NCBI GenBank assembly: GCA_038880755.1
Contig: JAVZRC010000001.1
Location: 8,791-72,790 of the forward strand
Source: Candidatus Micrarchaeia archaeon
Lineage (GTDB): Archaea > Micrarchaeota > Micrarchaeia > CABMEP01
Reading direction: 5' to 3'
Length of the DNA: 64,000 nt
How positions within the stretch are numbered: position 1 is the stretch's first letter; each line of letters starts with the position of its first letter. The notes below the pieces were generated by a model, which made no database searches, had not been told where the DNA came from, and saw nothing but the letters and a program-made list of their open reading frames with translations. Below, piece by piece: positions 1 through 8,457 of this stretch. A program made the position numbers and the translations under genes.

Positions 1-1
1 T

Positions 2-424
2 GCTGAATTTGAGGAATTAGACTCAAAGACAGATAAAATACAAAAAGATATTGAATATTATGACAAACTAGTAGATCAATATAAGAGTGCATCAAATGAA
101 ATAATAAAGGATGTAGGTTTATTATTCGAAGAAAAGCTAAATAAAGGTTCTGCAAATGAAAAGAAAAAGGTTATAGATCTACAGTCAGTTCTATCTTCTG
201 CAAAGGAATCATATTCTGCAGGCATGTATCTAAATTCAATGATGTTGACTCAATATGTAAGAGATGAGCTAATTTCAATTCCGTCAAGTGAAGCAACTAT
301 AGATTTAACATTATTGATATATTTTGGAATAGTAATAATTACAATAGTGATTATATTGAAGATAATATCAAAAAAAGAACCGCCAAAGATAGAGCGAAAG
401 ATAGAAAAAATTAAACTAGATTAA
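2..424 (+). CDS. partial CDS (5' end outside the window), hypothetical protein with a C-terminal transmembrane helix
   Basis: Open frame from the window edge, in frame with ORF 224..424. C-terminal hydrophobic stretch LTLLIYFGIVIITIVIILKII followed by basic residues. Confidence 0.35.
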   Translation, partial: AEFEELDSKTDKIQKDIEYYDKLVDQYKSASNEIIKDVGLLFEEKLNKGSANEKKKVIDLQSVLSSAKESYSAGMYLNSMMLTQYVRDELISIPSSEATIDLTLLIYFGIVIITIVIILKIISKKEPPKIERKIEKIKLD

Positions 425-466
425 ATTTAAATACAAAAATAAAAATAAGATTAAAAAATTAAAAGG

Positions 467-637
467 TTAGTAGTCTTCGTCTTCGTATTCTTCCTCTTCA
501 TCTACCCAATCATCTTCAAATTCTTCCTCTTCATCTAGTTCTTCTTCCTCTTCTTCATCTTCATCTTCAAATTCTTCCTCTTCATCTAGTTCTTCTTCCT
601 CTTCTTCCTCTAGTTTCTTAGGATTTCCTTTTGGCAT
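467..637 (-). CDS. small (56 aa) extremely acidic repeat protein (MPKGNPKKLEEEEEEELDEEEEFEDEDEEEEELDEEEEFEDDWVDEEEEYEDEDY)
   Basis: ATG..TAA frame read by hand. It contains a perfect 44-nt direct repeat (513-556 and 564-607) with a 51-nt period, i.e. an in-frame 17-codon duplication. Absent from the ORF track because it is shorter than 60 aa. Confidence 0.3.
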   Translation of the reverse strand: MPKGNPKKLEEEEEEELDEEEEFEDEDEEEEEELDEEEEFEDDWVDEEEEYEDEDY

Positions 638-746
638 ATTCTCACCTTATAAGGTAAAATATCTGTGGTATATACATAATTAAGTATTAAAAATCTTTTT
701 AATTTCACTAATTGATTATATGTGCTAACTATCGATTTTATATATT

Positions 747-1268
747 TTATAGTTTGATAGAATTTAATTTTATGTAGTCAACCTTTCTATTTTCTCTTAC
801 AATTGCAATAATAAGATTCTTTTTAGCAATTTGAGCAACTCTTAGTAATCTATATATATCCAATGTAGTAATCTTTTCTCTCTCGGAAATCACTTCTATC
901 AAGAAACTACTCTTTCCTTCTCCAGGTCTTATGCCTTTCTCATAAACCCTTAAAGGTGTTCCAAATCCATATCCAGACTTTAGTATATATCCTTTTTCTC
1001 TAAGATCTGAATAGACAGTATATTTAATATCAATATCCTTTTCTTTTTTTATAAATTCTTTCATTAATTCTTTAAATTCAATTTTTTTATTTTTAGATTC
1101 TACCATTATTCTTTTGTTTTCTAACAAATACAATGCTTCATATGGAGAAAGAATAAGTCTTTGTTCTTTGTCAAGAGTTCCATACCCTCTTTCCGTTAAT
1201 ACCTTAATTATTTTAGGATCTTCTTCAATAACAAAATTTTCCAGCAGATAAGCCATAAAATCACACAC
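747..1268 (-). CDS. endA: tRNA-splicing (intron) endonuclease, short homo-oligomeric type
   Basis: 173 aa. C-terminal catalytic-domain pattern YxVYSDLREKGYILKSGYGFGTPLRVYEKG is typical of archaeal EndA. The true start may be M5 (MAYLL). Confidence 0.7.
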   Translation of the reverse strand: MCDFMAYLLENFVIEEDPKIIKVLTERGYGTLDKEQRLILSPYEALYLLENKRIMVESKNKKIEFKELMKEFIKKEKDIDIKYTVYSDLREKGYILKSGYGFGTPLRVYEKGIRPGEGKSSFLIEVISEREKITTLDIYRLLRVAQIAKKNLIIAIVRENRKVDYIKLNSIKL

Positions 1269-1351
1269 CTTATCTGAAAGTCAGTGAACATTATAATCAT
1301 CGTATATTAAGCTTTATAAATTTCTCTGATAAAATATATTCGGTGATACTA

Positions 1352-1741
1352 ATGGCAGAAGAAGAAATGAAAGAGGAGATTAAAGAGTCAGTTGAAGGAG
1401 AGGCAGAAATTGCTCCAGAAGAAGACGAGAGACTTCCTTTCCCAACTGCGAGAGTTGTAAGAATATTAAAAGAAAATATGACAAAACCACATCAGATAAG
1501 AGCAGAAGTGAAAATAGCAGCGAATGAATTTCTCGGCGAAATCCTAAAAGATATTGCAAAAGAAATGGATAAGGAAGAAGTTTTCACGCTTTCAACCGAG
1601 CACTTTAACAAGGCAATAAAGAAGTATAAAATGATAGAGTACCAGCAAAAGAGGATTGAAAGAATAAAGAAGCTTCTTGAGAAACAGAAGGCAGAAGTAG
1701 AAGAAGTAATAATGGAGATTGATTTTTCAAGAGATCTCTAA
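1352..1741 (+). CDS. histone-fold protein (archaeal histone / NF-Y-CBF-like) with acidic N-terminus and coiled-coil C-terminal extension
   Basis: Histone-fold pattern LPFPTARVVRILKEN…AEVKIAANEFLGEILKDIAKEM…TLSTEHFNKAIK. Start moved to the ATG (MAEEE) sitting 5 nt downstream of an SD-like GGTGATA. Confidence 0.5.
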   Translation: MAEEEMKEEIKESVEGEAEIAPEEDERLPFPTARVVRILKENMTKPHQIRAEVKIAANEFLGEILKDIAKEMDKEEVFTLSTEHFNKAIKKYKMIEYQQKRIERIKKLLEKQKAEVEEVIMEIDFSRDL

Positions 1742-1774
1742 ATTTGTAACTTTTTTCTTTTATTTAGTGGTTAA

Positions 1775-3175
1775 ATGGCAGAAGAGAGAAAAAAAGACTA
1801 CAGCTTTGAATTATTAGGCGCGTTAGTTCTTTTTCTTCTCTTAGCTTTACTTTGTTATTTTCACGTTATCTGCCCTCTTCCTTCTTGTCCGGAGGGATTG
1901 GTTCAGTGCAATAACTGTCCTGGAAATTGTTGCTTGCCAGATGGTAGCTGTCCATGTCCAGCTGGTTCAGTCCCATGCAGCACCTATTGTCCTCAAACAC
2001 TAAACTGTCCAAGCGGATGCTGCAATATAGATACATGTGCATGTACTGCAACTCCACAATGCCCGACTAATACAGTTTGGAGCGAATCAAGGGGATGTTG
2101 TCTGTTCACTTCAGGTCCAAACGCAGGGAAGTGTGCAGAAATATGTAGTGTTGATCCAAAAAGAGTAACATGTCCTATAAAGGGACTAGACGCATGTGAT
2201 TCAAACAATTGCTGTCCCTTAGGCTCATTAGGATGGGATGATTCTCAAAAATGTTGTGTAGATGCGTTAGGGACATGCATTTTAAGTTGCCTGATTGACA
2301 ATACAAGAACTGGTTGTCCAACTCCAAGTCTAGGAGGATGTGATGCAACAGGCTGCTGTCCAAAGGATACATACTGGGACATCAAGAAAGAATGTTGCGT
2401 TTATGAAAATGGTTTTTGCTATGGAGATCCTTGTGCAAATGTTCAATGTCCACCAGACCAAGTTTGTATCGATGGAAGTTGCAAACTCCAAGTCAATCTA
2501 TGTGAAGGGGTTGTTTGCGATGAAGGCCAAATTTGCGATCCTTCAACTGGTTTGTGCTCAGATCCATGCAAGAATGTATTCTGTCCAGCAGGCCAAATAT
2601 GCATTAACGGAACTTGTGAAACTGACCAATGTTATAATGTTCAGTGTCCAGCAGGCCATATTTGCATAAATGGAAATTGTGTTGATTTATGCGAAGGAAA
2701 GATATGCCCAGCAGGCCAGGAGTGTGATCCAGAGACTGGAAACTGCAAAGATAAAAAGTGCAGTTCAACAACTCAATGCAAAATCTGTGATTTAGAACTT
2801 GGCGTTTGCGGAGGGATTCCAGGTTCAAGCCAATGCTCATCAGATGATGATTGCAAGAATGTTGAATGTCAAGCTTCAGGTACTTGTGGTATAAGCGGTG
2901 GGACAGGTGGAAATGGAGGGGAAGGCTCTAATTTAGTGAGTTGCAATTATAAAGGACCATTTACCCAGTGTCCTTCAGACATAATATGTTCAAATGGCTG
3001 TGCTGAAGAGATAAAATGTGCTGATCAGCGTCTTCCTGAAGGTCAGTGCAAAGGAGTAGGAGAAACATGCAGCAGCTCAATAGAATGCTGCTGTGGAAAC
3101 AGCTGTCAGATTGTAAACGGACAGGGATTCTGCTGTCCAGGTGGATTATGGCAATGCGGCTATCAATTTGACTAA
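1775..3175 (+). CDS. membrane-anchored cysteine-rich repeat protein (EGF/follistatin-like 'CPxGQxCxxGxC' repeats)
   Basis: N-terminal TM LLGALVLFLLLALLCYF followed by about 90 Cys. Repeated units NVQCPPDQVCIDGSC / NVFCPAGQICINGTC / NVQCPAGHICINGNC / GKICPAGQECDPETGNC. Confidence 0.6.
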   Translation: MAEERKKDYSFELLGALVLFLLLALLCYFHVICPLPSCPEGLVQCNNCPGNCCLPDGSCPCPAGSVPCSTYCPQTLNCPSGCCNIDTCACTATPQCPTNTVWSESRGCCLFTSGPNAGKCAEICSVDPKRVTCPIKGLDACDSNNCCPLGSLGWDDSQKCCVDALGTCILSCLIDNTRTGCPTPSLGGCDATGCCPKDTYWDIKKECCVYENGFCYGDPCANVQCPPDQVCIDGSCKLQVNLCEGVVCDEGQICDPSTGLCSDPCKNVFCPAGQICINGTCETDQCYNVQCPAGHICINGNCVDLCEGKICPAGQECDPETGNCKDKKCSSTTQCKICDLELGVCGGIPGSSQCSSDDDCKNVECQASGTCGISGGTGGNGGEGSNLVSCNYKGPFTQCPSDIICSNGCAEEIKCADQRLPEGQCKGVGETCSSSIECCCGNSCQIVNGQGFCCPGGLWQCGYQFD

Positions 3176-3181
3176 AAAGGT

Positions 3182-4492
3182 TTAGTTGTTTTCTGACATT
3201 ATTCTTTTAATTATATAGTCCTTGTCAAATGGAATTAAATCATCGTATTCTTGTCCTACACCTATAAATAATATCGGAACTCCAGTTGCTTTCTTTACAG
3301 ATATTATAGTTCCACCTTTTGCATCAACATCTAATTTTGTAAGTATAACTCCATCAATTTTTATTGCTTCATTAAACTCTGAAACCTGAATAAGCAATGC
3401 ATTTCCCGCTATTCCTTCCCCTACAAAAACTTTCATATTAGGAGAAACAACTCTTTCTATTTTTTTAAGTTGTTCAATTAAATTTCTATTAGTTTCTTGT
3501 CTCCCTGCGCTATCTATTAAAACAATATCCAGGCCCTTTGCCTCAGCATACTTAACTGCATCAAATGCAACTGCAGCAGGGTCAGAGCCATAGTCATGCT
3601 TTATATAAGGGATTTCAAGCCTTTTTGCATGCTCAATTGTCTGCTCTATGGCTGCGGCCCTGAATGTATCTGAAGCAGAGATAACACATTTTAGACCGTT
3701 TTTCTTAAAGTAATGTGCCACTTTCGCTATAGTTGTAGTTTTTCCTGCTCCATTTGGTCCTATGAATAGTATTTTATATGGTTTTCCAGTTGTTTCTCTA
3801 TACTTTTTTACCTCATTTATGAGATCAATTCTTTCTTGTTCTATTACTTTTTCTATTGATTCGTAAATAGAATCTAGTATATATGATTCGATACTGCTTG
3901 ATTTAACACTTTTTCCCACAAGCCTTCCCTTCAGATCAGTGATTATTTCTTCTGCAACAGGAAGGGCTACGTCTGCTGTCAAAAGCTGCATTTCAAAATC
4001 CTCAAGCGCTGTTTTCACATCACTCTCTTTTATTGTAACTTCTGGAGTTATTATTGATTTTACTTTCGTTAGAAGACTAGTCTTAACCTTTATTTCCGCT
4101 TCTTTTAGCTCTGACTGGAGAGGTTTTTCTTTTTTCATTTCTTCTTTAATTTCACCTTTCTCCAGACCAATACTTTCTTTCTGGAGTTTTTCCACCTTCT
4201 TTTCGCCTTCTTCTTTTTTTATTTGTTTTTCAGTATGTATTGCAATTGCATCTTCTTTTGATATATTTTTGTCTTCTATTCCAACACCTTGTTCTGGAAT
4301 AGGAACAGGTTTTTCCTGCTTAATTTCAATCGTCTTTTGAGTGATTTCAAAAGTAGAGACTTCTTCAGTTTTCTTTGATTCGCTTATTTCTTCTTTTATT
4401 TCTTCTGATTTTTTCTCTTCTTTTTCACCAGAAATAGATTTTGTAATAGTATTAACTAAACCAGTGATTTTCTTTTTTAAAATTCCAAACAT
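3182..4492 (-). CDS. ftsY: signal recognition particle receptor FtsY, with long K/E-rich N-terminal domain
   Basis: SRP-GTPase motifs ILFIGPNGAGKTTTIAK, DTFRAAAIEQ, DSAGRQ and TKLD. Confidence 0.85.
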   Translation of the reverse strand: MFGILKKKITGLVNTITKSISGEKEEKKSEEIKEEISESKKTEEVSTFEITQKTIEIKQEKPVPIPEQGVGIEDKNISKEDAIAIHTEKQIKKEEGEKKVEKLQKESIGLEKGEIKEEMKKEKPLQSELKEAEIKVKTSLLTKVKSIITPEVTIKESDVKTALEDFEMQLLTADVALPVAEEIITDLKGRLVGKSVKSSSIESYILDSIYESIEKVIEQERIDLINEVKKYRETTGKPYKILFIGPNGAGKTTTIAKVAHYFKKNGLKCVISASDTFRAAAIEQTIEHAKRLEIPYIKHDYGSDPAAVAFDAVKYAEAKGLDIVLIDSAGRQETNRNLIEQLKKIERVVSPNMKVFVGEGIAGNALLIQVSEFNEAIKIDGVILTKLDVDAKGGTIISVKKATGVPILFIGVGQEYDDLIPFDKDYIIKRIMSENN

Positions 4493-4538
4493 AAAATCAC
4501 TGACTTTGAAAATATCGATAATTAATTATAAATAGAGT

Positions 4539-4958
4539 TTATTCACTTTCCTTTTTTTCTGCCATTATTCTTCTTGCTTCTATGTCTATCTCTTTAAGTC
4601 TATTAGATATTGCTTCCATACTCTTTATCAGATCATTCTTTGCTTCATCTAATTCTTTTTTCTTCCCTTCTAGGAATTTGATAGCATCTTCAACACTTGT
4701 TTCTGTAAATATATTTGCACCTACATTCATAAGCAATTTATTCGTTTCTTTAAGCTCTCCTTTAATAAATATACCTGAACCTATGTTAAACAATGTAAGA
4801 TTATTCTCTCTAAGGGCTCTGAGCGCTTCTATTGTCTTATTTATTTCTGCTTCTACTTGCGCTATTGCCCTCATTTGATTTTCTATTTCACGGGCATAAT
4901 GCTGATGATATGAAGCTTCAGCAGCAAGCTGTTCAAATTGTTCTTCTAAACTTACCAT
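4539..4958 (-). CDS. pfdA: prefoldin alpha subunit
   Basis: 139 aa coiled-coil/beta-hairpin protein in the conserved archaeal position next to ftsY. Confidence 0.65.
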   Translation of the reverse strand: MVSLEEQFEQLAAEASYHQHYAREIENQMRAIAQVEAEINKTIEALRALRENNLTLFNIGSGIFIKGELKETNKLLMNVGANIFTETSVEDAIKFLEGKKKELDEAKNDLIKSMEAISNRLKEIDIEARRIMAEKKESE

Positions 4959-4970
4959 AAAATCACTAGT

Positions 4971-5153
4971 TCACATCTTTTCTACTTTTTCTATTGTAAT
5001 ATCCTTTCTTCTTAAGCCATGGGCATTTCCCATAATTGAATACAATTTATGTGTTGCAAATTTCTCGTTTTCAGCTTCGATTATCTTACTAAATTTTTGT
5101 TCTTTATTTTTTATTTTCATCTTTCCGATCATTCTGAACTTCATGTCATTCAC
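4971..5153 (-). CDS. ribosomal protein LX (L18Ae/L20A family)
   Basis: 60 aa protein with the FR..G…KQ.F…ITIE pattern in the conserved pfdA-LX-eIF6 neighbourhood. Confidence 0.45.
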   Translation of the reverse strand: MNDMKFRMIGKMKIKNKEQKFSKIIEAENEKFATHKLYSIMGNAHGLRRKDITIEKVEKM

Positions 5154-5178
5154 CTTTTTGCTACATTTGATAAATATG

Positions 5179-5523
5179 TTAATGAACTTTTAATCCATTT
5201 TCAGTTTTCTCACTCGTAGTGATAAGTATTATCTTTCCTTCTGAATTTTCAACAGCTAAAAGCATTCCATTAGATTCGACGCCCCTAATCTTTCTAGGTT
5301 CTAAATTTGCCACAATAATTATTTGTTTTCCTATTATTTCTTCTGGCTTATACATATGTGCTATTCCTGCAACGAGCTGTCTTTGTTCGTATCCTAAGTC
5401 TATTTTCAGTTTCAATAATTTGTCTGAGCCTTCTACTTTTTCAGCTTCTAATACTGTTGCAGTTCTTAGATCAATTTTTAAAAAAGTATTATAATCAATT
5501 TTTTCTGAAACATTTTGTTCCAA
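5179..5523 (-). CDS. tRNA-binding domain protein (Trbp111/CsaA/MetRS-C-terminal-like OB fold)
   Basis: Pattern LDLRVGKV-like: IDLRTATVLEAEKVEGSDKLLKLKIDLG…RQLVAGIA…GKQIIIVANLEPRKIRGVESNGMLLA. Confidence 0.7.
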   Translation of the reverse strand: MEQNVSEKIDYNTFLKIDLRTATVLEAEKVEGSDKLLKLKIDLGYEQRQLVAGIAHMYKPEEIIGKQIIIVANLEPRKIRGVESNGMLLAVENSEGKIILITTSEKTENGLKVH

Positions 5524-5540
5524 ACTATCACCATATAAGT

Positions 5541-6239
5541 TTACATGAACCCTAATGATTCAATGATTCTTTGTTGCTCAAATGCAGTAGTAGCTTCTCC
5601 AAAGATTACAGAATGATTATTTCCAACAAGACATAGAGATACAAATGGAACACCACTATTCGCTGTACTTACACCACCTTTTATCTCTAGAAAATTTTCT
5701 ATCATATCCAATTCATCACTATTAAGGTTAGGATGTGCTACAAATCCATTATCATTTGCAAAGACTACACTTCCAATAACATTAAATTTTTCTAATTGCA
5801 ATGCTTCAACTTCTACATCTAGTACATCTCTTATTGTTTTTACTAAATTCTTATCTTTCATTTTTGGATTGATTATGCATTTTTTATTATTTACAACTAA
5901 ATTGTTGGATATTGCTGTGAATTCAGTTTCTAGTATTTCAACATTTATATCAATTCCAATATCTTTAATTTTTCTTTTTACTAAATCTAATTCGTCTTCA
6001 AGAATAACTTTCGAAAATAATATCCCTTTATCATTCATTACTGAGTAAAGTCCAGTTAAAGGACTTCCAAATATATTCACACTAATATCTACAGTTCCAA
6101 GTATTTCACATACTCTTGAGAATTTTTCAGGTTTATTTATTGGCATCAGAGTGATTTTTGAATTGCTCTTCATGAATAGGCCAATATATGGGTTTCCATA
6201 GAAGCCTATTCTTTGTAGTTTACTTATCATTTTTCTCAC
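5541..6239 (-). CDS. translation initiation factor 6 (eIF6/aIF6)
   Basis: Pentein-repeat eIF6 signature FYGNPYIGLF… with repeated hydrophobic/Gly motifs. The start could be M4. Confidence 0.8.
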   Translation of the reverse strand: MRKMISKLQRIGFYGNPYIGLFMKSNSKITLMPINKPEKFSRVCEILGTVDISVNIFGSPLTGLYSVMNDKGILFSKVILEDELDLVKRKIKDIGIDINVEILETEFTAISNNLVVNNKKCIINPKMKDKNLVKTIRDVLDVEVEALQLEKFNVIGSVVFANDNGFVAHPNLNSDELDMIENFLEIKGGVSTANSGVPFVSLCLVGNNHSVIFGEATTAFEQQRIIESLGFM

Positions 6240-6242
6240 AAT

Positions 6243-6581
6243 TTATTCCTTCTTTCCTTCTTCCTTCTTTTGTTCATTTTTATCTTTCTTTTTTTCTTTT
6301 TTCTCGTTCTTTTCTTCCTTTACTTCATTTTGTGGAAGTGTTACTAAAACTATTCCTGTTTTTTCATCCTTTGTTATTTTTACTTTAATTCTTTTTAGTG
6401 GAAATCTACTTCCATTCTTATATATCTCTTTTGTGACTGCATTATCAATTTTAACATCAAAATAATTTGCCTTAGCATGTCTTGCTGCTAATTCCCTAAG
6501 TAGCTTAATTACAACTTGTCTTCTTTTTGTTCTTGGCTTTTCGTAAGCCTTTTTTAAATTTAAAATCATTAGTTTTTCCAT
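6243..6581 (-). CDS. ribosomal protein L31e with K/E-rich C-terminal tail
   Basis: Pattern KLLRELAARHAKANYFDVKIDNAVTKEIYKNG is a canonical L31e core. Confidence 0.8.
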   Translation of the reverse strand: MEKLMILNLKKAYEKPRTKRRQVVIKLLRELAARHAKANYFDVKIDNAVTKEIYKNGSRFPLKRIKVKITKDEKTGIVLVTLPQNEVKEEKNEKKEKKKDKNEQKKEEGKKE

Positions 6582-6589
6582 ACGATCAC

Positions 6590-6757
6590 CTATTCTTTCT
6601 CTCTTGCTCTAAGTTTTTGGCTTCTCCAATGTCTTCTTGACGGAGTGGTATTTACTCTTCTTCCAGTTTTCAACCTAACAAAGATTGGAACAGGTCTTGC
6701 CGATTTAGCTGCACTGACCAATCTCTTTTTCTTTTGAGCAGATTTTTTGCTTCCCAT
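6590..6757 (-). CDS. ribosomal protein L39e (55 aa)
   Basis: Hand-translated MGSKKSAQKKKRLVSAAKSARPVPIFVRLKTGRRVNTTPSRRHWRSQKLRAREKE, which has the L39e pattern KRL.KA.K.NR.VP.WV..KT.R.V...P.RRHWRR.KL. Absent from the ORF track because it is shorter than 60 aa. Confidence 0.75.
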   Translation of the reverse strand: MGSKKSAQKKKRLVSAAKSARPVPIFVRLKTGRRVNTTPSRRHWRSQKLRAREKE

Positions 6758-6758
6758 A

Positions 6759-7028
6759 TTATTTCCTCCTTATATGAATTTTAGTTTCTGGCTGTTTTGA
6801 AACAGCCAAATTCATGTTTAGTATCGTTAATAATTCTTTTTCAGTTACTCTTCTTCTTATTTTTTGGTAATAATGAATTAATGCATTAGCAACTTTTAGA
6901 TAAAGTTCTGGATTGGAAAGTCTCACATTCATGAGGCGAGTATAAGCATCATCTTCTAAAATAACGCTCAACGTCTTTTTTAGCTGGAGTTCAGCCTGCT
7001 GAGCAGCCAGAATTTTATCTTCCTCCAA
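6759..7028 (-). CDS. PDCD5/TFAR19-like dsDNA-binding protein (conserved archaeal neighbour of L39e/S19e)
   Basis: 89 aa. LAAQQAELQ…LSVILEDDAYTRLMNVRL.NPELY pattern, in the conserved position between rpl39e and rps19e. Confidence 0.55.
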   Translation of the reverse strand: MEEDKILAAQQAELQLKKTLSVILEDDAYTRLMNVRLSNPELYLKVANALIHYYQKIRRRVTEKELLTILNMNLAVSKQPETKIHIRRK

Positions 7029-7040
7029 GATCCCACCTTC

Positions 7041-7457
7041 TTACTTTCTTGAAATTTCTTTTGCTACGTTATTAAGAAGAGAGATCCCTTTCTTTGAAAT
7101 ATGTCTTCCTTTCTTATCTTTAATTATTAAATTTGATTTTTCAAGTTGTTGCAATGCTTTTCTGATGATAGAACCACCAGCTTTAGTAGCATGCATTCTT
7201 CCGCTTCTGCTTCCAGGTTTTCCTCCAAATCTTTCTCTAAGAGCGCTGACACCCATCGGACCTTCAATATAAAGAGCCCTCAATATAGCTGCACATCTTA
7301 TATACCAGAAGTCTTCATCTTGTGGGACTCTTTCTCTGTGTGATCCTGTTTTAACATATATTATCCATTCAGGTGGGGTAACCAATCCATCCTGTTTGAG
7401 CTTCTGAGCAACTCCTTTTATAAGTTTATTTGGCTCTACATCAAATACAGTAATCAT
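7041..7457 (-). CDS. ribosomal protein S19e
   Basis: VKTGSHRERVPQDEDFWYIRCAAILR…GGKPGSRSG…GGSIIR. Start trimmed to MITVFDVEP so that it abuts the upstream rpp21 stop. Confidence 0.8.
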   Translation of the reverse strand: MITVFDVEPNKLIKGVAQKLKQDGLVTPPEWIIYVKTGSHRERVPQDEDFWYIRCAAILRALYIEGPMGVSALRERFGGKPGSRSGRMHATKAGGSIIRKALQQLEKSNLIIKDKKGRHISKKGISLLNNVAKEISRK

Positions 7458-7458
7458 T

Positions 7459-7758
7459 TCAATCCCTCTTTTTAGCATACCCAAAGCGCCGCACTGATCC
7501 GCATGAGCACACATATTCAACGGATTTGCTTCGCTTGTTTAATTTTATTTTAACATTATATCCTGGAATCCATATTATATTACATATCTTGCATATTCTT
7601 TTTTTAAATCTTTTTGGAATAGCAACTCTATATCTTGAAGAGAGCTTCCTTGCAAGAGATACGTATCTTTTAGTTCTTTCTTCTTTCGTCTTTGCATATT
7701 TTTCTGCTAGTTCAAGAAGCCATTCTATTCTCTCAAGAACCAGCTCTCTCTTGTTCAT
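7459..7758 (-). CDS. RNase P protein component Rpp21/Rpr2 (zinc ribbon)
   Basis: 99 aa basic protein with the C-x2-C…C-x-C pattern (CKIC…CSCG) and N-terminal helices RIEWLLELAEKYA. Confidence 0.7.
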   Translation of the reverse strand: MNKRELVLERIEWLLELAEKYAKTKEERTKRYVSLARKLSSRYRVAIPKRFKKRICKICNIIWIPGYNVKIKLNKRSKSVEYVCSCGSVRRFGYAKKRD

Positions 7759-7773
7759 TTTGAAACCTTTAAG

Positions 7774-7884
7774 TGGGCCGGCGGAGATTTGAACTCCGGA
7801 CCTACAGTTATCCTAAACCAGTTCTGAATATATCAGAACGCGCCATATAAGACTGTCGCTCTGACCTGGCTGAGCTACCGGCCC
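7774..7884 (-). tRNA. intron-containing tRNA, anticodon UAU (tRNA-Ile reading AUA) if the 36-nt intron sits at the canonical 37/38 position
   Basis: Reverse complement folds as GGGCCGG-UA-GCUC/GAGC D-arm, anticodon stem ACAGU…ACUGU, loop CUUAUA[36-nt intron]A, and T-arm CGGAG-UUCAAAU-CUCCG. Acceptor pairs with CCGGCCC, discriminator A, no encoded CCA. Confidence 0.7.
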
Positions 7885-7994
7885 TTATTATCTAGATATG
7901 AAATACTGTAGAATAGCAGAATTAATATTATATTATAAAATATATAATTCTTTCTGTAACACCTAAAATTAGAGTAAATATAGAGGCTAGAATA

Positions 7995-8438
7995 TCATTC
8001 ACAGCCAATACAATGCTCACAACCATGGCATTGCATCGATGTATATAATTTGATAGCATCTTTAATTATTTCATTATGATCGAAACCAAGTTTTGGTACT
8101 TTATCTAAATCAAACCATTTTACTTCTTTAACTTCCTCATTTTTAATCAAATTAATAGTATTATCTTTTGGAAATGCAAGAAATGCTATGCTTATAGTAT
8201 GTCTTTTATCCCTTTTAGGGCTTGAATATACTCCAATTATACCTAATAATTCAATATCAACCCCAGTCTCTTCTTTTGTTTCTCTTATTGCTGCATGTTC
8301 AATATCTTCATTAATTTCTACGAACCCTCCAGGTAAACACCATTTTCCTATAAAAGGAGGGTTTTTTCTTTTTATAAGAAGTATTTCATTATTATGGATT
8401 ACTACAACATCAACAGCAGTAGGTCTGTATTCTTTCAT
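7995..8438 (-). CDS. NUDIX hydrolase with C-terminal Cys-rich tail (CHGCEHCIGCE)
   Basis: Nudix box GGFVEINEDIEHAAIRETKEETGV. Confidence 0.75.
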   Translation of the reverse strand: MKEYRPTAVDVVVIHNNEILLIKRKNPPFIGKWCLPGGFVEINEDIEHAAIRETKEETGVDIELLGIIGVYSSPKRDKRHTISIAFLAFPKDNTINLIKNEEVKEVKWFDLDKVPKLGFDHNEIIKDAIKLYTSMQCHGCEHCIGCE

Positions 8439-8457
8439 TTTATCACCATTTAAAATA

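Noticed and set aside
1866-2840. Several 60-110-aa ORFs on both strands inside the Cys-rich gene at 1775-3175
   Set aside because: They are nested inside or antisense to a long, repeat-structured ORF with clear signal and TM features. They have no independent support.
3939-4535. Plus-strand ORFs antisense to ftsY (133 aa, 64 aa)
   Set aside because: They are antisense to a confidently identified gene and have Ser/Phe-rich low-complexity composition.
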